Source: Eledone cirrhosa
Lineage: Eukaryota
DNA: 64,000 bases
Direction of reading: 5' to 3'
NCBI GenBank assembly: GCA_964016885.1
Contig: OZ024740.1
Coordinates: forward strand, 58,342,001 to 58,406,000
Position 1 is the stretch's first letter; each line of letters opens with the position of its first letter. Of this stretch, positions 53,323 to 64,000 are shown piece by piece. The notes under the pieces are model-generated. The model did no database searches. It was given only the letters and a program-made list of their open reading frames with translations, and had not been told where the DNA came from. Made by a program: the position numbers and the translations under genes.

Positions 53323-54747
53323 GTGGATAGTGCAGTTTTAAATCAACATATGAAAAGTAGTTTTAGATTGATATGTGATATTGGGGAAAAAATTCCTCAA
53401 CTTCGCGGTGGAATTTATCGTGACGATGGACTCTTTATTATCTTAAATTGCAACATAGTTAACCTTAATATTATTAAGAACAATATACGTAATCTCTTTA
53501 ACCAACATAACCTAAAAATTGAATTTGATAACAGCATCAAACTAGCTAATTTCTTGGATGTATCTCTTAATCTTGACACTGGCCTATATTACCCTTACCA
53601 TAAAAACAATGAGAACCTAAATTATGTTAACTTTAAATCTAACCATCCTACTAATATTAAGAATGCTATAGTTAGTAATATTGGAAAAAGAATATCTAAC
53701 CTATCTTCTAATAAAAACATCTTTGATGCTAACGCTAATTACTATAATAACGCGCTTTCTAAAGTCGGCTATCCTGATAAAATCAAATATAATAAAGAAA
53801 CAAATTCTAGAAGATCTTACAGTAGAATAATTAATCATGATCATTCCAATAACTTTAATAAAAGACCTAGATACAAACACATAATCTGGTATAATGCTCC
53901 TTTCTCCATCTCTATTAATAATAATATTCCTAAATTATTCTTTAGTGCCTTAAATAAATGCTTCCCTCCCTCACATATCTATAGTAAAATATTTCACAAA
54001 CACACTATAAAATTTTCCTATTCGACATCCTCCAACATTTCCAACATTATCTCTAAACACAACAATAAAATACTAAATACTAAATCTCTTCCTTCCAACA
54101 CTGAATATCATAAAAATAGTAATAGTACTCCCGACGTCATTGTAAACCCTAGGCTAATTTCTGCAAACCCAAATACAACGTCAAACACAACTTCGCTAAA
54201 TGTTCTTAATCCCATTCTAAATCAAGAAACTATTATTCCTATCGCAAATAACTTCTCCAATCCAATTCCTTCTATAGATAACACTAGGTCACTCGTTAAT
54301 AATCTCTCTAATCGCAATTGCAATTGCCCTGCTAAAAATAAATGTCCTCTCAACAACCATTGTCTTGATAAAAACTTAATTTACGAATGTAAAGTTATAA
54401 CTGACACCAATTCCTTCACCTATTTTGGCTCCACTTCCACCTCCTTTAAAGCTCGTCTTTATAATCATCATTCGTCTTTTAAATATAAACTTAAAAGAAC
54501 CAACACGGCTCTGTCAGAACTCATATGGTCCTTGAAAGACAAACATATTAAATATAACATCTCTTGGAAAAAGGTTTCCTCTGCTTATTCATACTTGAAC
54601 AGTTCTCTATCCAAGACTTGCAATCTCTGTCTAAATGAAAAATTTACCATTATATCTAATTTAGATTCTATAATAAATAGACGCACTGACTTGTTTTCTA
54701 TCTGCTTGCATAGATTCCACAGAACTTTCCATAAAATATACAGCTAA
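53323..54747 (+). CDS. Penelope-like RT C-terminal half plus GIY-YIG endonuclease (first ~24 codons come from the inverted pLTR)
   Basis: GIYRDDGL, FLDV, SNHP, WYNAPFS, CNC..CPL..C, LIYEC..YFGST..FKARL..H, CNLCL.EK, C.H; uninterrupted 474-aa frame. Confidence 0.92.
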   Translation: MDSAVLNQHMKSSFRLICDIGEKIPQLRGGIYRDDGLFIILNCNIVNLNIIKNNIRNLFNQHNLKIEFDNSIKLANFLDVSLNLDTGLYYPYHKNNENLNYVNFKSNHPTNIKNAIVSNIGKRISNLSSNKNIFDANANYYNNALSKVGYPDKIKYNKETNSRRSYSRIINHDHSNNFNKRPRYKHIIWYNAPFSISINNNIPKLFFSALNKCFPPSHIYSKIFHKHTIKFSYSTSSNISNIISKHNNKILNTKSLPSNTEYHKNSNSTPDVIVNPRLISANPNTTSNTTSLNVLNPILNQETIIPIANNFSNPIPSIDNTRSLVNNLSNRNCNCPAKNKCPLNNHCLDKNLIYECKVITDTNSFTYFGSTSTSFKARLYNHHSSFKYKLKRTNTALSELIWSLKDKHIKYNISWKKVSSAYSYLNSSLSKTCNLCLNEKFTIISNLDSIINRRTDLFSICLHRFHRTFHKIYS

Positions 54748-54786
54748 TATCCTAAACTTCATCAATTCAGAATCCTCTTCTCAAAG

Positions 54787-54832
<46 letters not shown>

Positions 54833-55181
54833 TTCTTTAAAAATATACCCATCTTTCTACCTTATTTCAAAGTTATTTATTATATTCTATATCGCTCCTA
54901 TTCATCACTTCCTTTTTTCCTTTTCCTTTTCTTTTCTTTTTCTTTTAATTTCTAACCGCTAATCTGTACCTTTTCTCACTGTGCCTAACATAGAAACAAT
55001 TATTACACAATACACTATATTCTTACTTTATTTCACCTTGAAAAAATCCTTCGTAAACATAAACATTTTTTTTGACGTTAGATTATTCATCCTCTATTTA
55101 TTATTTTTTTCTCACTTTCATCTAACTTATTCATGCTCATCTCACAATATATCCTTACTTACATTACTTCTGTTTTTTTAA

Positions 55182-55353
55182 TAATACATATCAACATTTT
55201 CTTTCCATCGCACATATTATTAAACCCTTAAATACTATTCTTAATACATATTAACATTTTCTTTCCATCGCACATATTATTAAACCCTTAAATATTATTC
55301 TTAATACATATTAACAATTTCTTTTCATCGCACATATTATTAAACCCTTCAAT
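55182..55353 (+). repeat. 60-bp tandem repeat, about three copies, in the Penelope 3' UTR
   Basis: TAATACATATTAACATTTTCTTTCCATCGCACATATTATTAAACCCTT repeated at a 60-bp period. Confidence 0.9.
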
Positions 55354-55709
55354 ATACAAACATTAACTTTACATTATTTTTCTCTTCGTTAATTTCAAAT
55401 TCTTTTAATTTATGCATTATCTTCCAACGGTTTTTCAACCTCTCTATGTAAAACAATATATTTTTCTCAGTTATAAAAGCTATCTCTCTCTCTCTCTCTA
55501 TCACCCATCTCTCCTCCTATCTCATCCTTCCTCATTATACTCCTCCCCCTCCACTTTTTACTCTCATCTCCTCTTTTTCATCCTTTCCACCCCCACCCCC
55601 CTTCAAAAAAATTTTTTCCCCGATATCACACATCAATCTAAAACTACTTTTCATATGTTGATTTAAAACTGCACTATCCACAAGTGTTTTTAACCTTCAT
55701 ATCATGTCC

Positions 55710-55780
55710 TATTTAATCTGATGAAAACACAAATGTTATTGCATGATGATATTTGTTTTTGAAATGCGTATAATAAAATA
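55710..55780 (+). ncRNA. Type I hammerhead ribozyme (family H2)
   Basis: TATTTAAT-CTGATGA...GAA-ATGCGTAT-A-ATAAAATA; sense to the Penelope ORF. Confidence 0.82.
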
Positions 55781-55877
55781 CATGGAACTCATTTAACCAT
55801 CTTTTGATCTTATATATTATATATATATATATATACATACATATTCGACATACCGTATATACATATATATACATATG

Positions 55878-55911
<34 letters not shown>

Positions 55912-55922
55912 CATATATACAT

Positions 55923-58900
55923 ATAGTTCTAGTTTGTAGGAAAGAAAATAAGGTGCCGGTCCCTTCCGGGAAATGGCCATGCTCAGTGTGTAGGAAAGGC
56001 GTAGGTAGAAACTCCATTTTATGTCCAAAATGCAAAGTATGGGTGCATAAAAGATGTAGTGGGATCACAGGTAAGCTAACTAAGAACTTAGATTTTACAT
56101 GTGGGCGGTGCTCTGGTGCAATAAGTAGCAGCGAGTGCCCACAAAATACTAACTCTTTCAATTGCGCAGAGGGCTCTATAGAAATAGTGGACAGCTTCCT
56201 TTACCTGGGTGACAAAATCAGCAGTGGGGGAGGGTGCTCCGAAAGTACAGTAGCTAGAGTCAGAACTGGATGGAAAAAGTTCAGAGAGCTTATACCACTA
56301 TTAGCCGCTAAAGGGTTCTCCCTAAAAATGAAAGGCAGGTTGTATGATGCCTGCATACGAACAGCAATGTTGGATGGCAGTGAGACCTGGGCATTGTGCG
56401 CAGAGGATATACGCAGACTAGAGAGGAACGAAGCTTGCATGCTCCGCTGGATGTGTAATAGTAATATACGTGAACGGCAAAGCATAAACGAACTGAGGAA
56501 AAAATTAGAAATAAGAGGGATCAGATGTTGTTTACTTGAGAGAAGGCTATGTTGGTACGGACACGTGATGCGCATGAAAGTCGATAGCTCTATAACAAAG
56601 TGCAGGGCAATAAAGATAGACGGTAGCCACGGAATAGGCAGACCTAGAAAATCCTGGGACGAGCTGATAAACTCCGACCTCACACACTTACACCTCTCCA
56701 AGACAATGTCACTGGACCGAGACCTTTGGCGGTACTCAGTAATAGAGAAGACCCGTCTTAGAAACGAGGAAGGCTCCAGAATCCTGGAATTCTGTGATGC
56801 AAATAACCTAACTATCTGTAACACTAACTTCAAAAAACGAGACAATCGCTTGATCACCTACAGATCAGGGGAACATACCAGCCAGGTAGATTATATCCTT
56901 ACCAGAAGACGTGACAGAGTGTCTGTTGTAAACACTAAATCCCTCCCCCATGAAGAATGTATCTCCCAACATAGACTGATAATTAGCGACCTCATAGTCA
57001 GGACGAGACGCACTAGACAGCAGAAGAGGACTATCCTCAGGAGTAACATATGGAAGCTAAAGGACCCTACAGCCAGAAATAAATTTCAAAGCATATTACT
57101 TGATGCTTTCGACAGTAAGGAAGAGCAATTAGAGTCGTACAATATAGAGGAACAGTGGGAATTCCTGAAAGCAAACCTGCTGATGGCGGCAGACGAAGTC
57201 TGTGGCTGGAGCAGGCCTGTAGGCAGGAGGAAAGTAACATGGTGGTGGAACAGTAAGGTGGAGGCGTCAATTAAGGCCAAAAAGCAGGCTTGGAAAGTAT
57301 GGCGGGATGGGGGAAGTAGAGAAGACGATCAAGTGGCCAGGGGGGAAGCTAGGAGACAAGTGTACTTTGCAAGAAGGGAAGCAGAGGAGAGAAAGTTCAA
57401 GCATGTTCTACAACGCGAGGACCAAAAACGTGAGGTGTTCAGGATTGCTAGGCAATGTGTGAAGGAAAACCGTGATATTGTCGGGGAGAAGTGTGTACTT
57501 AACGATGATGGCGTACTTGCCATCACTGACGCTGATAAGAAGGTAGCTTGGAAGTGTCACTACGAAAGGCTACTAAATGAGGAGAATAAATGGGAGAAAG
57601 ACAGTCTCCCCCACATCGACCCAATAGAGGGACCAGCAGTGTTAGTCGAAGGTAGTATAATAAGTAAGGCAATCAAAGATATGAAGACGGGTAATGCGGC
57701 TGGGCCTTCGGAAATAGTTGCTGAGATGCTGAAAGCCTCTGGAACGGTGGGACACACCATGGTCACCTGGATAGTAAACCAAGTCATACAGAATGGGGTT
57801 GTTCCGAAGGACTGGCGTAGCAGCATCATCATTAACTGCTACAAGGGTAAAGGAGACGCCCTAGATAGGAGTAACTATAGAGGCATTAAATTAATCGACC
57901 AGGTCATGAAGGTCACGGAAAAAGTAATAGCGCAACTAATCAGAGAGAGAATTGATCTAGATGAAATGCAGTTCGGTTTTGTATCAGGCAAAAGTACCAC
58001 AGACGCTCTTTTCATTGTACGACAACTACAGGAGAAGTACCTCGCTAAAAGTAAACCCCTATACTTAGCTTTTGTCGACTTGGAGAAAGCCTTCGACAGA
58101 GTTCCCCGTTCCATTATCTGGTGGGCTCTTAGAAAACTAGGTGTTGACGAATGGCTTGTGAGAGCTATACAAGCCATGTATAAAGAAACAGTCAGCAAGG
58201 TTAGAATTAACAACGAATATAGTGAAGAGTTTAGTGTAAAAGTTGGTGTTCGTCAGGGCTCTGTTCTTAGCCCCCTACTATTTATTATTGCCCTTCAGGC
58301 TATAACAGTGGAGTTCAAGAGCAGCTGCCCATGGGAACTCCTATACGCAGATGATCTAACGCTCATAGCTGAATCAATGGCCGAGCTAGAGAAGAAATTC
58401 CAAACATGGAAGCACGGCCTAGAATCAAAAGGCCTTAAAATTAACCTGGCTAAGACTAAAGTTCTAGTTTGTAGGAAAGAAAATAAGGCGCCGGTCCTTT
58501 CCGGGAAATGGCCATGCTCAGTGTGTAGGAAAGGCATAGGTAGAAACTCCATTTTATGTCCAAAATGCAAAATGTTGGTGCATAAAAGATGTAGTGGGAT
58601 CACAGGTAAGCTAACTAAGAACACAGATTTTACATGTGGCCGGTGCTCTGGTGCAATAAGTAGCAGCAAGTGCCCACAAAATACTAGCTCCTTCAATTGC
58701 GCAGAGGGTTCTATAGAAACAGTGGACAGCTTCCGTTACCTGGGTGACAAAATCAGCAGTGGGGGAGGGTGCTCTGAAAGTACAGTAGCTAGAGTCGGAA
58801 CTGGATGGAAAAAGTTCAGAATGCTTATACCACTATTAGCCGCTAAAGGGTTCTCCCTAAAAATGAAAAGCAGGCTGTATGATGAGTGCATACGAACAGC

Positions 58901-59680
58901 AATGTTGCATGGCAGTGAGACCTGGGCATTGTGTGCAGAGGATATATGCAGACTAGAGAGGAACGAAGCTTGTATGCTCCGCTGGGTGTGTAATAGTAAT
59001 ATACGCGAACGGCAAAGCATAAACGAACTAAGGGAAAAATTAGAAATAAGAGGGATCAGATATTGTTTACTCGAGAGAAGGCTATGTTGGTATGGTCACG
59101 TGATGCGCCATGAAAGACGACAGCTGTATAAAAAAGTGCAGGGCAATAAAGATAGACGGTAGCCACGGAGTAGGCAGACCCAGAAAAACCTGGGACGACC
59201 TGATAAATTCCGACCTCACACTTACACCTCTCCAAGACAATATCGCTGGACCGAGATCTTTGGCGGTACTCAGTAATAGAGAAGACCCGCCTTACCTAAA
59301 TACAAAGTAAAACCTACTACATCAGTAGGCATCTCTAACAAAATACACCCCCGTCCCATCCACACCGCCCCTTTCAAATACAAAGTTATGTTGGTGCCAC
59401 AACATCCAGGCCGAAACAAATGAGATCGTGTAGATGTCACGACAAAAAAACACCCAGTCCACGATGTAATGTGGCCGTGTAGCCAACACAGTAAAAACCT
59501 CCCAGTCCCACACTGTAAATGTGGTTGGTGTTAGGAAGGGCATCCAGCTGTAGAAAATCCGCCAGACAGTCCTATGCGAGCAAGACAACCACTCTTGCCT
59601 CAAGTGGGAAAACTCCCGTCCAAACCCATGCAAGCGTGGAACATAGACGTTAAACGATGATGATGATGATGATGATGATG
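55923..59680 (+). mobile_element. RTE family B tandem chimera: a 3' ORF fragment fused in frame to a 5'-truncated copy
   Basis: 1095-aa ORF containing the PHD/C-terminal region twice; junction EKTRL|RNEEG at ~56760; (GAT)n tail. Confidence 0.93.
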
Positions 59681-59944
59681 TCTATAGAATCATCAGATAA
59701 AATATATACCGTTTCCTCTCCCAATTAGCATAATTAACCATATAAAAAATCAATTAGAGCAAGCTATAAGAACAAAGGCTCCTATGAAGAAATCTCCGAT
59801 AAATAACTGAAAGCAGCCCTTCGCGGCGGTTGCGACGGAGTATTTATCGAGTATTTCGACAGCGTGTATAAATCGACCAGATATACAGTCAACTAAACAG
59901 AATTAGGTTTAAAATAAACTAGGAGAAAAGTGAACATATTTAGT

Positions 59945-60024
59945 TATCTCTACCATGGTTTCGTCCGCATTTTAACATATCCGATAACATTGGAAATCTG
60001 GTGCACCGGACTCTTCAGGAGTTA
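59945..60024 (-). ncRNA. Type I hammerhead ribozyme (family H4), intact core
   Basis: CTC-CTGAAGA-GTCCG-long loop-CGGAC-GAA-ACCATGGT-A-GAG. Confidence 0.82.
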
Positions 60025-60589
60025 GCTCAAATTTAGACAATTAATTTTCCAAAGTGATCGCGCCAAGAATACATTCAAAAATGGCTAAGAATCGTGACTA
60101 GACAGCGGTCAAGTTAGAAAGAATGTGATTAGTTGCTTACGCCTGGTGGCATTTATGCTAGAAAGTGCAGCCCAATACAGCCAAAATTGTATCTCAACCT
60201 AACGGGAGATTATTACATATAAAGTTTTACATTTATATATATATGTGTGTTTTGCAACGGGTCACTTTGTGGCTCAATGAAGAGTTAATAAATTAAATAA
60301 TCAGAGCTATATATCATAAAACATGTCTATAGTATCACCAGATAAAATATATACCGTTTCCTCTCCCAATTAGCATAATTAACCATATAAAAAATCAATT
60401 AGACCAAGCTATATTAATAAAGTCTCCTATGAAGAAATCTCCGACAAATAACCGAAAGCAGCCCTTCGCGGCGGTTGCGACGAAGTATTTATCGAGTATT
60501 TCGACACCGTGTATAAATCGACCAGATATACAGTCAACTAAACAGAATTAGGTGTAAAATAAACTAGGAGAAAAGTGAACATATTTAGT

Positions 60590-60669
60590 TATCTCTACCA
60601 TGGTTTCCTCCGCATTTTAAGATATCCGATAACATTGGAAATCTGGAGCACCGGACTCTTCAGGAGTTA
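60590..60669 (-). ncRNA. Type I hammerhead ribozyme (family H4), stem II closing pair mutated
   Basis: As above but CGGAG-GAA, which breaks the G10.1-C11.1 pair. Confidence 0.7.
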
Positions 60670-60813
60670 GCTCAAATTTATACAATTAATTTTCCAAAGT
60701 GATTGCGCCAAGAATACATTCAAAAATGGCTAAGAATCATGACGTGACAGCAGTCATTTTTGAATGTATTCTTGGCGCAATCACTTTGGAAAATTAATTG
60801 TATAAATTTGAGC

Positions 60814-60893
60814 TAACTCCTGAAGAGTCCGGTGCTCCAGATTTCCAATGTTATCGGATATGTTAAAATGCGGACGAAACCATGGTAGAGATA
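60814..60893 (+). ncRNA. Type I hammerhead ribozyme (family H4), intact core
   Basis: TAACTC-CTGAAGA-GTCCG...CGGAC-GAA-ACCATGGT-A-GAGATA. Confidence 0.82.
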
Positions 60894-61245
60894 TCTAAAT
60901 ATGTTCACTTTTCTCCTAGTTTATTTTACACCTAATTCTGTTTAGTTGACTGTATATCTGGTCAATTTATACACGCTGTCAAAAATACTCGATAAATACT
61001 CCGTTGCAACTGCCGCTATGGGCTGCTTTCGGTTATTTGTCGGAGATTTCTTCATAGGAGCCTTTGTTCTTATAGCTTGGTCTAATTGATTTTTTATATG
61101 GTTAATTATGCTAATTGGGAGAGGAAATGGTATATATTTTATCTGGTGATTCTATAGACATGTTTTATGATATATAGCTCTGATTATTTAATTTATTAAC
61201 TTTTCATTGAGCCACAAAGTGTCCCGTTGCAAAACACACACACAC

Positions 61246-61324
<79 letters not shown>

Positions 61325-61363
61325 TATATAAATATATATATATACATATATATATACATATAT

Positions 61364-61700
61364 GGAGGCACATGGCTTAGTGGTTAGAGCATTGGCCTTG
61401 CAATCGAAAGGTTGTGAGTTCAATTCTCAGACCGGGTGATGTGTTGTTTCCTTGAGCAAGACACTTTATTTCACATTGCTCCAGTTTACTCAGCTGTAGA
61501 AATGAGATGATAGGGACTGGGGTCCATATCATTCCACTGCAAAGTGGTCGTGGAGGTGCCACTGCAAAAAAGCACCCAGCACTCACTGTAAATGAGGTTG
61601 GTGTTAGGAAGGGCATCCAGCTGTAGAAATCAAGCCAGAATCAGTTCCCGTCCCACCCTTGCAAGCATGGAAAAGTGGACGTAAAATGAAATGAAATGAT
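61364..61700 (+). mobile_element. tRNA-derived SINE with RTE-family-A 3' tail
   Basis: Near-identical to 50245-50576. Confidence 0.9.
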
Positions 61701-61856
61701 ATACATATATATATATATGTATATATACACACATACATATATATATATACACACATACATATATATATACACACACATACATATGTATATATATACACAC
61801 ATACATATATATATATACACACACACACATATATATATACACACATACATATATAT

Positions 61857-61901
<45 letters not shown>

Positions 61902-61922
61902 TACATATAGATATATATATAT

Positions 61923-61956
<34 letters not shown>

Positions 61957-61968
61957 ACATACATATAG

Positions 61969-63916
61969 ATCATCATCATCATCATCAGGTTTAGCGTCCG
62001 TGTTCCACGCTTGCATGGGTTTGGACGGGGGTTTTCCCACTTGAGGCAAGAGTGGTTGTCTTGCTCGCATAGGACTGTCTGGCGGGTTTTCTACAGTTGG
62101 ATGCCCTTCCTAACACCAACCACATTTACAGTGTGGGGCTGGGAGGTTTTTACCGTGTTGCCTACACAGCCACATTACAGCGTGGACTGTCTGGCGGGTT
62201 TTCTACAGCTGGATGCCCTTCCTAACACCAACCACATTTACAGTGTGGGGCTGGGAGGTTTTTACCGTGTTGCCTACACGGCCACATTTACAGCGTGGAC
62301 TGTGTGTTTTTTGTCGTGACACCTACACGATCTCATTTGTTTCGGCCTGGATGTTGTGGGACCAACATAACTTTACATTGAAAGGGGCGGTGTGGATGGG
62401 GTGGAGGTGGTGGGACGGGGGGGCGTTTTGATAGAGATGCCTACTGACTGTAGTAGGTTTTTACTTTGTATTTAGGTAAGGCGGGTCTTCTCTATTACTG
62501 AGTACCGCCAAAGGTCTCGGTCCAGTGACAATGTCTTGGAGAGGTGTAAGCGTGTGAGGTCGGAATTTATCAGCTCGTCCCATGTTTTTCTGGGTCTGCC
62601 TACTCTGTGGCTACCGTCTATCTTTATTGCCCTGCATTTTGTTATACAGCTGTCGTCCTTCATGCGCATCACGTGACCGTACCAACGTAGCCTTCTCTCG
62701 AGTAAACAACATCTGATCCCTCTTATTTCTAATTTTTTCTTTAGTTCGTTTATGCTTTGCCGTTCACGTATATTACTATTGCACATCCAGCGGAGCATGC
62801 AAGCTTCGTTCCTCTCTAGTCTGCGTATATCCTCTGCACACAATGCCCAGGTCCCACTGCCATGCAGCATTGCTGTTCGTATGCAGGCATCGTATAACCT
62901 GCCTTTCATTTTTAGGGAGAACCCTCTAGCGGCTAATAGTGTTATAAGCCCTCTGAACTTTTTCCATCCAGTTCTGACTCTAGCTACTGTACTTTCAGAG
63001 CACCCTCCCCCACTGCTGATTTTGTCACCCAGGTAACGGAAGCTGTCCACTATTTCTATAGAACCCCCTGCGCATTTGAGGGAGCTAGTATTTGTGGGCA
63101 CTTGCTGCCACTTATTGCACCAGAGCACCGGCCACATGTAAAATCTATGTTCTTAGTTAGCTTACCTGTGATCCCACTACATCTTTTATGCACCCATACT
63201 TTGCATTTTGGACATAAAATGGAGTTTCTACCTACGCCTTTCCTACACACTGAGCATGGCCATTTCCCAGATGGGACTGCCGCCTTATTTTCTTTCCTAC
63301 AAACTAGAACTTTAGTCTTAGCCAGGTTAATTTTAAGGCCTTTTGATTCTAGGCCGTGCTTCCATGTTTGGAATTTCTTCTCTAGTTCGGTCATTGATTC
63401 AGCTATGAGTGTTAGATCATCTGCGTATAGGAGTTCCCATGGGCAGCCGGTCTTGAACTCCTCTGTTATAGCCTGAAGGGCAATAATAAATAGTAGGGTG
63501 CTAAGAACAGAGCCCTGATGGACACCAACTTTTACGCTAAACTCTTCACTATATTCGTTGTTAATTCTAACCTTACTGACTGTTTCTTTATACATGGCTT
63601 GTATAGCTCTCACAAGCCATTCGTCAACACCTAGTTTTCTAAGAGACCACCAGATAATGGAACGGGGGACTCTGTCGAAGGCTTTCTCCAAGTCGACGAA
63701 AGCTAAGTATAGGGGTTTACTTTTAGCTAGGTGCTTCTCCTGTAGTTGTCGTACAATGAAAAGAGCGTCTGTGGTACTTTTGCCTGACACAAATCCGAAC
63801 TGCCTTTCATCTAGATCAATTCTCTCTCTGATTAGTTGCGCTATTACTTTTTCCGTGACCTTCATGACCTGGTCGATTAATTTAATGCCTCTATAGTTAC
63901 TCCTATCTAGGGCATC
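61969..63916 (-). mobile_element. RTE family B, 5'-truncated, with a ~115-bp tandem duplication in its 3' UTR
   Basis: ORFs 63056-63985 and 62472-63137 match the 55875-59162 protein; the GGACTGTCTGGCGGG block repeats at 62072 and 62184. Confidence 0.95.
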
Positions 63917-64000
63917 CACACATACATATATACATATATACACACATACATATATATACACACACATATATATATATATACACATACATACATATATATA

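Larger units (their letters stand above)
53097..55820 (+). mobile_element. Penelope-like element 3, 5'-truncated, with an inverted pLTR at its 5' end
   Basis: Inverted pLTR 53097-53394, RT/EN ORF, ~1-kb 3' UTR, pLTR 55610-55820; (TA)n on both sides. Confidence 0.95.
59681..61243. mobile_element. ORF-less hammerhead-bearing pLTR array: two direct copies plus one inverted copy
   Basis: Copy A 59681-~60110, copy B 60244-60730, inverted copy C 60753-61243. Confidence 0.9.

Overview
AT-rich, microsatellite-dense animal genomic DNA with no supportable host gene. The SINE and LINE repertoire suggests a cephalopod, probably Octopus (inference from recalled repeat families). The left ~21 kb is old, low-complexity DNA with SINE remnants, a Helitron-like element and decayed transposons. 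The right ~43 kb is densely packed with retroelements, most next to (TA)n tracts: two RTE LINE families with a PHD-type finger inside the RT, two CR1-like LINEs, tRNA-derived SINEs sharing the RTE 3' tail, and three 5'-truncated Penelope-like elements (GIY-YIG; Naiad-like motifs), each with an inverted copy of its own 3' end. Most notable is a set of about 13 type I hammerhead ribozyme motifs from at least five sequence families, most with a tiny palindromic stem III. They occur in the Penelope pLTRs and in ORF-less fold-back or tandem units that place hammerheads on both strands (45480-45767, 47340-47450, 59681-61243). These look like non-autonomous, retrozyme-like derivatives.
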